A stretch of DNA of 41,739 nucleotides from a virus (IMGVR_UViG_3300028413_000010:1-41739); one strand, 5' to 3'; shown: positions 8,181-18,247, counted from the stretch's first letter. Notes: generated by a model not told the origin, from the letters alone. Made by a program: numbers and translations.

Positions 8181-9878
8181 CTACACCAGTCCAGGTTCCA
8201 TCATAAGACCGCCACCACGGCTTCCCTGTAATTTTACCCAACGTTTCCTGTACATCAAATATTTAAAGGCATCGCTCATATTGGTAGAGTTCATGGGCAG
8301 TTTCAGCAAAGGCAATGCTTCGCTGCTTTTATCCTTAAGAATTTCCTTGGCACCCGTACGCCTATTGGTGTGCAGTTTTGTCTTGCTCAGTTCCAGACTG
8401 CTTTTGAGTTCCCTACACTGGTACCTGTCTATTTTTACACCTGGTATATCCTTATGATAGTCCCCCATCATGTTTTTCATAAAATTATACTCCTGACTAT
8501 GATAGATGGTCGCTTGGTTCTTGCTCATCAGGTTCACTTTCCAACCAGTGCCAACACCGTCATACTTTTCTATATGCTGTTGTACTTCGCTTGCCCAATC
8601 CTTTTTTAAACTGGCGTACTGGTTTCCAGAACGGTCATAGTACAGGTTTAGCTCCTTGTGCTTGTGGTGCTGAAAGAAGTCCAGAAATTTCCTTGCAATT
8701 TCCTTACTACTTTCCGGGGCCAGGGTAAACAAATTCTTTAAACAATAGAAATAGTTTCCCCGTTCCTGTCCCATCACCATACTGATCATATTACCAAAAT
8801 CCATACCCGCATCCAAGGGCTTCTTATGGTCAATATACTTCAGGCCAAGACTGGTAGGTTCAAATTCCTCCCCTATGGCGTAATTGTCGTAAAAATTGGC
8901 AATGGTACCATCATCATAAAAATGATGGTCGCCCAGGTTCATGTAAAACTTCTCTCCTTTGTTCACTTTTGCCTTAAAGCTTAGGATACTGCTCTTAAAC
9001 TCCTCTATGCCCAAGGCCTTTAGCGCATCTGTAAAATAACCGCTGCTTAGTACGTCCACATTGGCGTATGAGGACACGATCATAAAAAACGTGCTGTCCT
9101 TTCTGGCACGCACCCAATAGGCCGTCCAGTCCTTTACATGCTTCTGCAGTCGCTTTATCTTGGCGTAATCCTTATCCCTAATTGCGTTGTACAACTGCTT
9201 CTTGGTGTCGTTCAGCACCGTAGCGGCCTGGTACGCCATTTTTATCTGCTCCACGTCCATCAACTTTTCCGCGTCCAGTATCCAATCATAATCGCCCTCG
9301 CTAATGTTGGGCATATCCGTTGTGAACGTCCTGCCCCTGTAGTACACGCTATGGCCAAAACCGACATACTCGCCACGCAGGGCAGGGGTAAGCTTCTTTA
9401 ATTTATCGGGATCAAGGTATTTTGCCTCGTCGCCGAATATATGCTGATAACTGTTCCCCGCAGCACCCGTAGGCTGGTCCATGCTCACCAAGTTATAAAA
9501 ACAGCCGTTGAACACGCTAATGGTATGTTTGTACTGGTGTACGGGCTTATAAGGGCGCTTAAAGTGGTCTGGCGGCCGCTGGTCTGTCACATAGTGCTTG
9601 CCCTCTATCCATCCTTTACGGTTCCAGCCTTCCAATAGGGTAGGGACAACGTTCTTTAAGGCGTTCACGTAGGTATCCGCCACAAATACCTGATAACTGC
9701 CCGGCATATCATAACAGATATCCATGCTTCGTTCCGCATGTATATCGCTGGTTTTGGCCGTTCCCCTGCCGCCTACGAACATCAGGTTCTTTGGCGCGAT
9801 CATATCCACGGCCATCTTTGCCCAAGTGGCATAGCGCCCCTCTACGTCTAAACTATCAGGACTTACGTGGGTTCTCAT
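8181..9878 (-). CDS. terL: Terminase large subunit
   Basis: Walker A GGRGTAKT, Walker B HIFGDEAK, TTD coupling motif, and RNase H-like nuclease acidic residues (GMDFG, YYDRSG, MSDAFKY). Confidence 0.92.
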   Translation of the reverse strand: MRTHVSPDSLDVEGRYATWAKMAVDMIAPKNLMFVGGRGTAKTSDIHAERSMDICYDMPGSYQVFVADTYVNALKNVVPTLLEGWNRKGWIEGKHYVTDQRPPDHFKRPYKPVHQYKHTISVFNGCFYNLVSMDQPTGAAGNSYQHIFGDEAKYLDPDKLKKLTPALRGEYVGFGHSVYYRGRTFTTDMPNISEGDYDWILDAEKLMDVEQIKMAYQAATVLNDTKKQLYNAIRDKDYAKIKRLQKHVKDWTAYWVRARKDSTFFMIVSSYANVDVLSSGYFTDALKALGIEEFKSSILSFKAKVNKGEKFYMNLGDHHFYDDGTIANFYDNYAIGEEFEPTSLGLKYIDHKKPLDAGMDFGNMISMVMGQERGNYFYCLKNLFTLAPESSKEIARKFLDFFQHHKHKELNLYYDRSGNQYASLKKDWASEVQQHIEKYDGVGTGWKVNLMSKNQATIYHSQEYNFMKNMMGDYHKDIPGVKIDRYQCRELKSSLELSKTKLHTNRRTGAKEILKDKSSEALPLLKLPMNSTNMSDAFKYLMYRKRWVKLQGSRGGGLMMEPGLV

Positions 9879-10485
9879 CTATGGGTAGAAATATATTAGG
9901 TGGTAGGATACCCGCCTCGCGCTGTATCACCTCGCGTTCTTTCTCGCTCAGCTCTGGCAGTTCCTCTATCTGTTTTTTAAGCTTGATGCGGTCTACCTTG
10001 GCGGCACCTTCTATAAGGTTATGGTCCGTTGTGTACAGTTTCCAAGGGCGGCCAAAAAGTTCCGAAGGTAGTTCCTCAGGGTCTTCCGTGTCCAACTGGC
10101 GAAGCTCTGCGGCCTCCTTTATCATGCGGTTCACTTTCGCAATGTCGCTCACATCTTTTGCAACCATGGTAGCAAGGTTAATGTTGCGCTCCATCTTTTC
10201 AGCGTATATGTTGCGCCACGCCTCCTTGCTAATTTTATTTTCACAATAAAAATATTCGAGGGTATCGTTATATGCGTTATTGGCAAAATACCTACTATGG
10301 CCGTCTACCTTTACCAAATGCTTTAAAATAGCGTCCTTGCTGCCCCATTTGTCAAACCGCAGGTACATACCCCGTATTTTTTCTATAATGTCCAGATAGG
10401 CCACAATAGCGGGGTCTACATTGCTAGGGTTGCCGTTCTCAATGTAGTCGTATATATGCTCTAGGGTAATGTGCTCCAATTTCAT
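9856..10485 (-). CDS. Putative terminase small subunit / packaging accessory protein
   Basis: Helical 209-aa ORF overlapping the terL start. Confidence 0.55.
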   Translation of the reverse strand: MKLEHITLEHIYDYIENGNPSNVDPAIVAYLDIIEKIRGMYLRFDKWGSKDAILKHLVKVDGHSRYFANNAYNDTLEYFYCENKISKEAWRNIYAEKMERNINLATMVAKDVSDIAKVNRMIKEAAELRQLDTEDPEELPSELFGRPWKLYTTDHNLIEGAAKVDRIKLKKQIEELPELSEKEREVIQREAGILPPNIFLPIDENPRKS

Positions 10486-10796
10486 TCACCAAAGAATATC
10501 TGTTCGCGTAAATTTTCCAATTGTGTCTGGGCGCGGTTCTTTTCATAGATCTGTGCAGCGGTAATATTACCCGTTCGCGCGTTTATCAGCAATTGCTGGT
10601 TCACTTCGGCCTGTGCCTTTAAACGGCCACGGTCATAAGTAGTACGTATATGGCTGTTAGGATTTCTCCAAGCATCCATAAACTCCTTTTTGTCAACCGC
10701 CAGATACAGGGCAATATCACTGGGCGCATAATTGCAGCCCGCCAATTGCTCTATAACATCATCATCGCTCAGCTCCTGTAGTTCCCCGTCTTCCAT
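10482..10796 (-). CDS. HTH protein, terminase small subunit-like
   Basis: IEQLAGCNYAPSDIALYLAVD HTH, YDRGRL, and ARTGNITA (TerS-like A..GN..A). Confidence 0.6.
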   Translation of the reverse strand: MEDGELQELSDDDVIEQLAGCNYAPSDIALYLAVDKKEFMDAWRNPNSHIRTTYDRGRLKAQAEVNQQLLINARTGNITAAQIYEKNRAQTQLENLREQIFFGE

Positions 10797-10822
10797 TATT
10801 CAATTTTACTACCCTCTTAAAA

Positions 10823-11419
10823 CTACTTTAGTTTTGCCGTCTCAAAAAGGGCTTTTCTAAACTCATAAAGCCCCTTACTATTTCCAAATACATACTGCTC
10901 ATAATGTGCATTATCGCTCCAATTGCCGCTACCCTCTATCACATAGTGTCCGCCCAAACATTTTAAGAGGGTCATCTTTGCATGTACCCAAGCATATTTT
11001 ACCTTTATATTGGGTCTACTCGCCGCCAATGCGCTCAACAGGTCTATGGTTACCGGGTTGCGCTTTATCATGCTATCGCTGATCAAGAGCGTAATACTAT
11101 CTATCTTCCCCGCATCGTGCAGCTCTACCAAGGCCTCAATAGTTCGTTTGCTTATACTATACGTGCAGGCGTGAAGCTCGGTAATCTGAAAATGCTGCAG
11201 TACGTAGGGCAAAAAGGTAAAGGCGTTCCATTGCCCATCTGTCTGAAGAAAGAAAAACTCTTCCCGTTCCGGTAACCTGCCCAAATCCTTTTCCAAGTTC
11301 TTTACCTTGGCATAATGCGCCAAAAGATACTTGCTTAGATAACTACCGTTCGCCTGTGCCTTATGCGGAGCGGATACAGCAGCAATATTAAATAACCTAT
11401 TGTTTTTCAAGCCTTGCAT
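10823..11419 (-). CDS. Phospholipase D-superfamily (single HxK) nuclease-like protein
   Basis: HAKMTLL...EGSGNWS...E pattern and a TYSIS motif. Confidence 0.75.
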   Translation of the reverse strand: MQGLKNNRLFNIAAVSAPHKAQANGSYLSKYLLAHYAKVKNLEKDLGRLPEREEFFFLQTDGQWNAFTFLPYVLQHFQITELHACTYSISKRTIEALVELHDAGKIDSITLLISDSMIKRNPVTIDLLSALAASRPNIKVKYAWVHAKMTLLKCLGGHYVIEGSGNWSDNAHYEQYVFGNSKGLYEFRKALFETAKLK

Positions 11420-12470
11420 CTACAAGCTTCAGTTCCACGCTCCAATCGTCTACTTTGGCCTGTATCTTGGCCTTGCTTTCCGCCTCCTTGGTCTTGGCCA
11501 ATTTTTTCCCTTCTCTACTTACATAACTGCGCAAGGTCTTTTGCCGCGTCATCAGCCCCTTTACGTCCATGGCGTCTATCTTTTGTTGCAGCACTTCATC
11601 GGCAAACATCTCGTGCTTGCCCAAAATGCTACCATGCTCCTTGTAATAGTTCAGCTCGTCCCAAATCAATTGGTTCAACTGGTACTTTGCAATGGCCTCT
11701 TTCGCCAGTTCGTAAAGTTCACTGTCCGTCAACGGCTTTTCGCCATCGGCATGTAGCAAGAGCTCTGCATGCGCCTCTTTGTATTTTTTCCATGCGGTAA
11801 TCCTATCGGCTACCAGTATCTTTAATTTATCCGGGCAATCGTCCGCCTCCAAAAAAGGGAACTGCTCGCGCAATTTTAGGCCCATGGCCTCCTTTTCGCC
11901 CAAAGCGGCCAAAGCCCCGAAAATAGCACCAGTTAAATCCTGACCCGTTCTTGGTACCAAAATTTCCTTTATCTCCTCTGGAAGTTCAAAATCTCCTATA
12001 GCCTTCAGGCAAAGCTCCTCTACTTCCCCGTTACTAATATCCTGGTCAATAGCCTCGAATGTTATCAAATTAGCTTCGCTAAATGCCAACAATGCAGCTT
12101 CATAGGTGGCAAGGGTCTCTGCGTGAGCCTCCTTGTCTATATGGGTAAAATCTATACGACTAAGGTAGATGGCGGCCTTTACTTCATCGGGCGCATTCTG
12201 TAGCAACGCCACCACAACATCTGGCAGTCGCTTCACCTGTGCCTCCTTTGGTTTCTTGGCCAATAAGTCAGCATCGGTAATTTCGTGGAGCTTCTGCAGG
12301 TCGTACAACAGGTTCTTTAGGTTCTGCACCGTGTATCCCGCACGGTTGTAATATGCCGCAGCTGGCACACTATGTGTTTGACTGGTTCGGTACAGTGCCA
12401 TGGCGGCATTGTACTTATCAACGTCCCCCAAGTCCTCGTTTTGTAAAAAGGCAATTATTTTTTCTTTCAT
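11397..12470 (-). CDS. Conserved hypothetical helical phage protein
   Basis: 357-aa ORF with LREQFPFL..DCP..LKILVADRIT and ELNYYKEHGSILGKH motifs. Confidence 0.8.
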   Translation of the reverse strand: MKEKIIAFLQNEDLGDVDKYNAAMALYRTSQTHSVPAAAYYNRAGYTVQNLKNLLYDLQKLHEITDADLLAKKPKEAQVKRLPDVVVALLQNAPDEVKAAIYLSRIDFTHIDKEAHAETLATYEAALLAFSEANLITFEAIDQDISNGEVEELCLKAIGDFELPEEIKEILVPRTGQDLTGAIFGALAALGEKEAMGLKLREQFPFLEADDCPDKLKILVADRITAWKKYKEAHAELLLHADGEKPLTDSELYELAKEAIAKYQLNQLIWDELNYYKEHGSILGKHEMFADEVLQQKIDAMDVKGLMTRQKTLRSYVSREGKKLAKTKEAESKAKIQAKVDDWSVELKLVDARLEKQ

Positions 12471-12501
12471 AATCGTATTTTAGTTGCTTTATCAAGTAGT
12501 T

Positions 12502-12541
12502 CAAATATTGCCAATACCCTGCAATTGCATTGTAACATGCC
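12502..12541 (-). promoter_or_regulatory. Putative late promoter (GGCATGTTACA-N26-TTG)
   Basis: Conserved motif and spacing, upstream of the packaging operon. Confidence 0.7.
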
Positions 12542-12543
12542 AT

Positions 12544-12577
12544 AAAAAAACCCTTGGGACTCCTCCCAAGGGCTTTT
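12544..12577 (-). terminator. Rho-independent terminator
   Basis: CCCTTGGGA-ctcc-TCCCAAGGG stem with a U7 tract on the minus strand. Confidence 0.85.
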
Positions 12578-12614
12578 AACCTAAAAAATCAAACTAACAC
12601 TGAAAAATGAAAAA

Positions 12615-13439
12615 CTATGCTCTTTTTTGCTCTATCAAATAGGTTGTGGCACCTGCCTTGTACACCTTTAGGTCTATTACGGCATCGTCCTGCGCCGCCC
12701 AGTCCGTACCTCCTTTAAGCACTACCGTTGCCGCTGTGGACACACCGCTGCTTAATACACTTGGGTTACTGCCGCCACTTCCGATCAAGCTGATTACCGC
12801 CCCATGGTCATGGTCCAACGAAGCAATATCCAATTCCGAACCGTCCGTATCCGTAGCCAGTTTGTACTGGTTCCCGTTGGCCTTGGTCAATGCCAATGCC
12901 TCACTAGTTGCATTAAATGGCGCTGCCAATACTACGGCTCCCTCAAAGGTTCCCGGTAAAAAGGCCGTCGCCTGTGTCTGCTCAAAGCTAAGGTCGTGGC
13001 CTGTACGGGTATCGTCTATAACGCCCGTTGGCTTTAGGCGCATAGGGGCGCACTCCGTGCCAAATACCTCAAAGCTGTTCTTGGTGCAATCTCCGCTAAG
13101 GATGATTACGTCCTTGCCGATCAGGTTCTGTATAAGCTCCTTGATTTCCCTACTGTTGCCAGGGTGGCTGCCCTCGAACATTTGCTTGATGCTCTCCTCG
13201 TCTACATCGCCCTCGTTCTCGTAATTTAATTTTTGCTTCTTGCCGGTCATGTACACCTCTATCATTTTGCCGTTGGGCTTAAAGGTATAGTTGCCTTCCA
13301 TTACAATACCGGCGGCATTTCTTTGCGGCGAGCTCAACAGCTCGTCCACAAAAATGATCTTTACATTTGGGTTTTTTGGCTTTGCCGCTCCTGGACCTAT
13401 TTGCCCTGTGGGTGCCGCTACCGATTTTCTTAAATACAT
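12615..13439 (-). CDS. Major structural protein, probably tail tube with a C-terminal accessory domain
   Basis: Follows the capsid gene. Beta-rich N-domain; the C-domain resembles the capsid C-terminal repeats. Confidence 0.55.
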   Translation of the reverse strand: MYLRKSVAAPTGQIGPGAAKPKNPNVKIIFVDELLSSPQRNAAGIVMEGNYTFKPNGKMIEVYMTGKKQKLNYENEGDVDEESIKQMFEGSHPGNSREIKELIQNLIGKDVIILSGDCTKNSFEVFGTECAPMRLKPTGVIDDTRTGHDLSFEQTQATAFLPGTFEGAVVLAAPFNATSEALALTKANGNQYKLATDTDGSELDIASLDHDHGAVISLIGSGGSNPSVLSSGVSTAATVVLKGGTDWAAQDDAVIDLKVYKAGATTYLIEQKRA

Positions 13440-13456
13440 AGTATGCTAAGTTTTAT

Positions 13457-13481
13457 AAAGGCCACACCGTAGCGTGGCCTA
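13457..13481 (-). terminator. Hairpin after the capsid gene
   Basis: AGGCCAC-accgtagc-GTGGCCT followed on the minus strand by a short U tract. Confidence 0.6.
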
Positions 13482-13491
13482 TAGATTAGTA

Positions 13492-15642
13492 TTAGGCTAT
13501 AGTCCTGTCACTTTCGTACCAGATACCGTCCACTTTTACAAGTTTAACAACATCTGCCGCCGTCGCGAGTACCGCTCCAGTTTTCATTGAAATGTTACCG
13601 GCTACGTTGGCAAGGGTAAGGGTTGCCGCACCAGCTGGTCCGTACACGCTAATTTCCTGTCCGTCCACACCGTTGGTAATACCGTCCAAAGTTTCATTGG
13701 CCACCGCTGTGCTGTAAAACTCCTTGCCAGCATTGGCATCTATTGTGCCTGCATCAAAATTAACCTTGGTGCTAGGTGCCGCTTCCGGTGCCGTAGTCCT
13801 GCTAAGTTCCACAATGCTCTTGTCCGCTTTTACGTACAAGGTCAAGGTGCCGCCGCTCTTTAGGTTAAATGTACCGCCCGTTAATCCTATGTTACCGCTG
13901 CTTACCACGTTCTTAACACTGGCCAAGGCAGTGTTCCCCTGTATCTTTATAAGTTGTCCAGGTACCGCATTGTTAATGGTCGCAATACTGGTCTTCCAGT
14001 CATCGCTCACTTTTATATGCTCAAATTTTGCGCTGATCTCACCCGTAGCATCGTCAAATAACGGAATAGCGTAATCCTTGGTAAACATAGGCACATCGTT
14101 ACTCCAGATACTCTGTACCTTGAATTCCAATGGGTCGCCCTCCTTTAATTTGTTGCCGATATGCACCAGGCGAATACCCAATTTGTAATCTGCCATTACG
14201 TATATCTTACGCAACAACTTCTCAAAGTGGTACATGGATTTCTCGCTAGGTACGTATTCAAGGATCTCAATATTATCGTCAAAGGTCACGAACATGATAT
14301 CCGTACCTTCCAAATCGTGCAGCGCTTCAAACGGCATATTGTTGTATCCCTTTGGGTAGGGAGGTACGCCAGAATAATCGTTGTTGGTACCGTGTAATTG
14401 CTCGTATCTGTCTCCATAGGCTTTTAACCAAGCTGGGGAAACATAAAAGTGCATACCCGGGTTTCTTCTGATTTCCAAGGGCAGACTCTCCATAAAGCCA
14501 TCTACATAGTCTACAATATTCATCTTCGTTGGCGTACCCAAAGAAAAGGCCTTGTATTTTTTGGTCAGTTTTTGCGCCCTGTACATTTGGTACAGAAGAC
14601 CGTCCTGTCTGTTAAGGAACCTTCCCGGTACGGTAGCATCTTCCGGAGTGTCTACATGTACGCCAAGAATAGAGGAAATCCTGTCTTCTACGCGAGCCTT
14701 TTTATCCAGCTCGCTTACCAAGAACCTAACAAAGCTCTCTTTGTAAGGCTGTGAACCTTCGTTGTTCATCATGTTCAACCAACTGGCCTCTATCTTTTGC
14801 AAGAAGTAGCCCACGTACTCAATATCAATTTGTACCGGGAAAACCTTGCCTTCTTCTGGCTTAATAAGTTGTTTGTTCTTTGGTAACCAGGGCAGTTTTC
14901 TGGCCTGTGTAATCTCGCCACTTATAATGGTACCATCTGCAATAATGTCCACTACGTTCAATACTTTGTTCCAGAAAAGGGGAAGACCGAATTTATCGCG
15001 CTCCAAAGATTTGATTTCGGTAGGGTTCTCGCGGTAGTACAGATCAAGGTCGCCGTTAAGCTTCTCTACCTGTGCCGTGTCCTTTGCCCAATCTGTAGCG
15101 CCTACTTTTACGCCTGCAGCTCTTTGGTTCCATGGTCTACCCTCAAAGGCATCATAGCTGTTACCAGTGCCGAACAGGTGTGTCTTGCTGTGTCTCATTA
15201 CTTTGTTCTTTAGCTCCTGAAGCTCGGTACTGTCGTCTGGCTCGTCGCTGTTCATTAATTTGTTTATGAGCTCCTTTTGGTTTTTGAACTCACCTTTTAT
15301 GGCCGCCAAAAATGCGCTTTGGTCTATGCTGCCGTCCTCGTTCTGCATCACCTTTTCTATCTCGGTCTCGCTAAGGCTCGTCTCCGTTAAGGCTTCTCGC
15401 AAATCCTTGCGCAGCTTCTCCTGGTCTACATTGGCCGCAGCCAGATCCTTTTCTATGGCCGCCACCATTGTTGCCAAACTCTTGCTCCCGTCCGGGTCTT
15501 TGGCCTCATCTTTTAGGGCGTCTTTCAAAAGACCCTCCTGTTCTTCGGTAAGGGCTACCTTACCTTCTTCCGTAGGGACTTCGTTGAGTCCCACAAATGC
15601 CAAGAATGCCGTAATAAACTTGGCTGCAAAATTCCATTTCAT
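13492..15642 (-). CDS. Major capsid protein with N-terminal scaffold and C-terminal extension domains
   Basis: 716 aa after the protease. About 148 aa of acidic coiled-coil, a central capsid-like region (DGLL motif), and two related beta-rich C-terminal repeats. Confidence 0.75.
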   Translation of the reverse strand: MKWNFAAKFITAFLAFVGLNEVPTEEGKVALTEEQEGLLKDALKDEAKDPDGSKSLATMVAAIEKDLAAANVDQEKLRKDLREALTETSLSETEIEKVMQNEDGSIDQSAFLAAIKGEFKNQKELINKLMNSDEPDDSTELQELKNKVMRHSKTHLFGTGNSYDAFEGRPWNQRAAGVKVGATDWAKDTAQVEKLNGDLDLYYRENPTEIKSLERDKFGLPLFWNKVLNVVDIIADGTIISGEITQARKLPWLPKNKQLIKPEEGKVFPVQIDIEYVGYFLQKIEASWLNMMNNEGSQPYKESFVRFLVSELDKKARVEDRISSILGVHVDTPEDATVPGRFLNRQDGLLYQMYRAQKLTKKYKAFSLGTPTKMNIVDYVDGFMESLPLEIRRNPGMHFYVSPAWLKAYGDRYEQLHGTNNDYSGVPPYPKGYNNMPFEALHDLEGTDIMFVTFDDNIEILEYVPSEKSMYHFEKLLRKIYVMADYKLGIRLVHIGNKLKEGDPLEFKVQSIWSNDVPMFTKDYAIPLFDDATGEISAKFEHIKVSDDWKTSIATINNAVPGQLIKIQGNTALASVKNVVSSGNIGLTGGTFNLKSGGTLTLYVKADKSIVELSRTTAPEAAPSTKVNFDAGTIDANAGKEFYSTAVANETLDGITNGVDGQEISVYGPAGAATLTLANVAGNISMKTGAVLATAADVVKLVKVDGIWYESDRTIA

Positions 15643-15657
15643 AGAAAAAAAATTAAA

Positions 15658-16569
15658 TTAATTAAACATTGGTTTTATTGCTTGCTTAAAGGCCAAGCGG
15701 TCCACTACCTTCATGGCTTCCTGTAGGTCGCCTATACTATCTATCATACCATAATCCAGAGCTTCGTCCGCAAAAAAGGTGCGCCCGGTAAGTACCCCGT
15801 CCTTTTCCTTAAGATTGGGTCTCCCTGCACGTACCGCCGCCTGAAACTTTTGGGCAATGGGGCTCAGATGTTCTGCTATTATCTTATCGTAATCGCCGTC
15901 CAGGGCTTTACGGAAACTAAGGTTCTTATCCTTGCTCTCCGGGGGGTATATCTCATGGAACTTTATACCCATTTCCTCGTAGTACGGCTTGGTGTCCGCA
16001 AAGCTTACCACTACGCCTACGCTGCCCACCATGGCACTTACATCGTTGTCTACCATTAAATGGTCGCAGACGCTCACCGCTGTCCAATAGTGAAGACTGG
16101 CGGCCATATCTATAAGGCCTACTATTGGTTTGCGCTTGTTTTTGGCAAATTGCAAAAACGGACCTATGGCGCTTACCGCACCGCCAGGGCCGTCTATGTT
16201 CATAATAATGCCTTTAATGTTGTTAAGGGAATTCAGCTTGTTAAGTGCGCCAACGATCTCGTCCGCACCGTAGGTGCACATATCGCCCATTTTTATAACG
16301 GGCCCCATCATGTTCACCATGGCATAGCTGCCCTGGGGAATATCAAATTCTGTACTTACGATCTGCCCCCAACCATTGGTAAGGTAATCGCCCTGTATAA
16401 GGTTGCCGTTCCCGTCAAACAATTTGATAAGGGAACTTTGCACGGCATTGAACTCCACATCCTCACCAGCAAGTATCTTGGACACAATATGTCCCATACC
16501 GGTTAAATATTGGGGCTGCATCAACCATTGCCCTCTTATAATTTCAGAAATAAGGGAATTTACCTTCAT
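15658..16569 (-). CDS. Prohead protease, S49/SppA family
   Basis: IDGPGGAV, MAASLHYW, VGSVGVV, K(DK)N, G..FFADEA...GMIDSIG. Start revised to ATG 16569. Confidence 0.92.
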   Translation of the reverse strand: MKVNSLISEIIRGQWLMQPQYLTGMGHIVSKILAGEDVEFNAVQSSLIKLFDGNGNLIQGDYLTNGWGQIVSTEFDIPQGSYAMVNMMGPVIKMGDMCTYGADEIVGALNKLNSLNNIKGIIMNIDGPGGAVSAIGPFLQFAKNKRKPIVGLIDMAASLHYWTAVSVCDHLMVDNDVSAMVGSVGVVVSFADTKPYYEEMGIKFHEIYPPESKDKNLSFRKALDGDYDKIIAEHLSPIAQKFQAAVRAGRPNLKEKDGVLTGRTFFADEALDYGMIDSIGDLQEAMKVVDRLAFKQAIKPMFN

Positions 16570-16573
16570 GCAC

Positions 16574-16611
16574 CAAAGTTGGTGCAATTGCAAGCCTTTG
16601 GCTGTAACACC
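16574..16611 (-). promoter_or_regulatory. Putative late promoter (TGTTACA-N26-TTG)
   Basis: Conserved motif and spacing, immediately upstream of the protease ATG. Confidence 0.65.
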
Positions 16612-16645
16612 AGATAAGGCTTCTTTAATCGCCGATAGATAAAAA

Positions 16646-17254
16646 TTACATCGCCCCGCGTGTCTCGTTTGGCCAGCTATCGCCCTTATTGGTTACGCGG
16701 TTTGCTATCTTGTGCTGAAAGCGGCTAAGCTTATGCCCCTTTCTTTGCCTGTAGTACAGCACCCTAAGCGCTTCGGGGTCAAAGCCAGTTTCCAGCAGCT
16801 CGTACTCGTCCATAAATGCATTAATGGCATTGGTAACCCCGTCTAGCTCCGCCACTTCGTTGTAGCCGCTTACATAGTAGAGAAAGGCGGTGCGAAAAAT
16901 ATCTTCGAAAAATCCGTTTATAAAAAGATTGTCCGCCCGCTCAAAGGACAGCGGCTCATAGATATGTTTGTGAAATTTATACAGCACGCTATTGTACCGC
17001 TTTACTCCGCGCTCTTCCTTAATGGTAAATTGTATCTTATATTCATACCTATGGGCGCTATCCTCATAACGCCTATGCACCAAATCTATGATACGGCAAA
17101 GGCTGCTGTGAAAGTTGAGCTTTATGGCCTTGGTGCGCATATCTGGCATTACTACCGTTTCCTCGCTTTTAAACTCGTTAAAAAAAAACGGCACCAGATG
17201 GTCCCGTAAACTAAACGGAAATACCTCTGGTGCTATGTTGTTTTTAACCTTCAA
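16646..17254 (-). CDS. Hypothetical protein, possible DNA-binding late regulator
   Basis: 202 aa with a C-terminal HTH-like segment (AINAFMDEYEL...EALRVLYYRQRK). Confidence 0.5.
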   Translation of the reverse strand: MKVKNNIAPEVFPFSLRDHLVPFFFNEFKSEETVVMPDMRTKAIKLNFHSSLCRIIDLVHRRYEDSAHRYEYKIQFTIKEERGVKRYNSVLYKFHKHIYEPLSFERADNLFINGFFEDIFRTAFLYYVSGYNEVAELDGVTNAINAFMDEYELLETGFDPEALRVLYYRQRKGHKLSRFQHKIANRVTNKGDSWPNETRGAM

Positions 17255-17613
17255 TTGGCCAACCAGCGTGCTATTCTTCTTTGCCTGCTATCGCTAAGCG
17301 CGGAGATGTCCACGCAAGGGCCTTGCTCTTCTTTAAAGGTAGCAACCGCTTTTTGGGTATTGGCAGGTACTAGATTAATCATAAGACTATCGCTCTTCTT
17401 TATCTTGCCTATACGTATCTCGTTGCTTATCTCGTTCTTAATGCTTTCCTTATCAATGGCCTTTTCTATAACAGGCTTCAGCTGCGCTACCGTAAGCTTA
17501 TGGCTGTTTACGGCGGCAAAATATCCTGTACCGCCACCTAGGCCGCCGCAGAGCAATCCTACTACAATAACAATGATCAGGTTTTCGGCTAAATTTCCAA
17601 TTTTTGGCAACAT
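17251..17613 (-). CDS. Membrane-anchored protein, possible spanin-like lysis accessory
   Basis: N-terminal TM segment, directly after the endolysin. Confidence 0.5.
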   Translation of the reverse strand: MLPKIGNLAENLIIVIVVGLLCGGLGGGTGYFAAVNSHKLTVAQLKPVIEKAIDKESIKNEISNEIRIGKIKKSDSLMINLVPANTQKAVATFKEEQGPCVDISALSDSRQRRIARWLAN

Positions 17614-17618
17614 AGTTT

Positions 17619-18134
17619 TTAGTTTACTTTATTCAACCTACTTTCCTCCCGCAGGTAGCTTAACTGAAAGTGCATACCGTCCAATCGTTTCCAATCTCCG
17701 CCCCAGTCAAAGCCCGCGTCCTTCCAGCATTTTACGAAACCATGGCTCAGCTGTGGCACCTTTCCCAAGCCGTTCCATGCGGCATTAAGGTCTACCGCCA
17801 CGCCCCAGCTATGTATGCTCATGTATATCATGGCCTTTTCTAGCTCGCCCTTTGCCAATAATTCTTTTACCCTTTGCTCGTAGCCACGTATGGGGCGTAC
17901 CAGAAAACAACCGTCCCATGTCTTAACTTCTGCTGCATGGCCATTGTTTATGAGCGCCAAAAAGGCGACCTCCATAGGCACTATCATTTCTTTGTTGCAA
18001 TAAATGCGGCGGGGCAGGGCAGGGATGTTGTCCGTTATATATTGGGGAACGTCCCAGACCGTCATATAAATACCCTCGTCCCATAGCGTATGAGGGTCAC
18101 CGTAAAACTTGTAGCAATCCAGACCTGTTACCAT
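17619..18134 (-). CDS. Endolysin, M15-family zinc peptidase
   Basis: R-x-x-R...SIHSWGVAVD...WGGDW..DGMHFQ motifs. Confidence 0.9.
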   Translation of the reverse strand: MVTGLDCYKFYGDPHTLWDEGIYMTVWDVPQYITDNIPALPRRIYCNKEMIVPMEVAFLALINNGHAAEVKTWDGCFLVRPIRGYEQRVKELLAKGELEKAMIYMSIHSWGVAVDLNAAWNGLGKVPQLSHGFVKCWKDAGFDWGGDWKRLDGMHFQLSYLREESRLNKVN

Positions 18135-18247
18135 ACGTACATATATATTATCCTACATATTAAAAAAAACCAAGCACAAAAAGCGGCGGTAATCACCACT
18201 AGGGCCAACAGCCCCAAATCTTTATAGATATCCTTCATGTTTTTCAT
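18128..18247 (-). CDS. 39-aa single-TM protein, holin/antiholin-like
   Basis: Manual translation MKNMKDIYKDLGLLALVVITAAFCAWFFLICRIIYMYVW. Overlaps the endolysin start. Confidence 0.55.
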   Translation of the reverse strand: MKNMKDIYKDLGLLALVVITAAFCAWFFLICRIIYMYVW

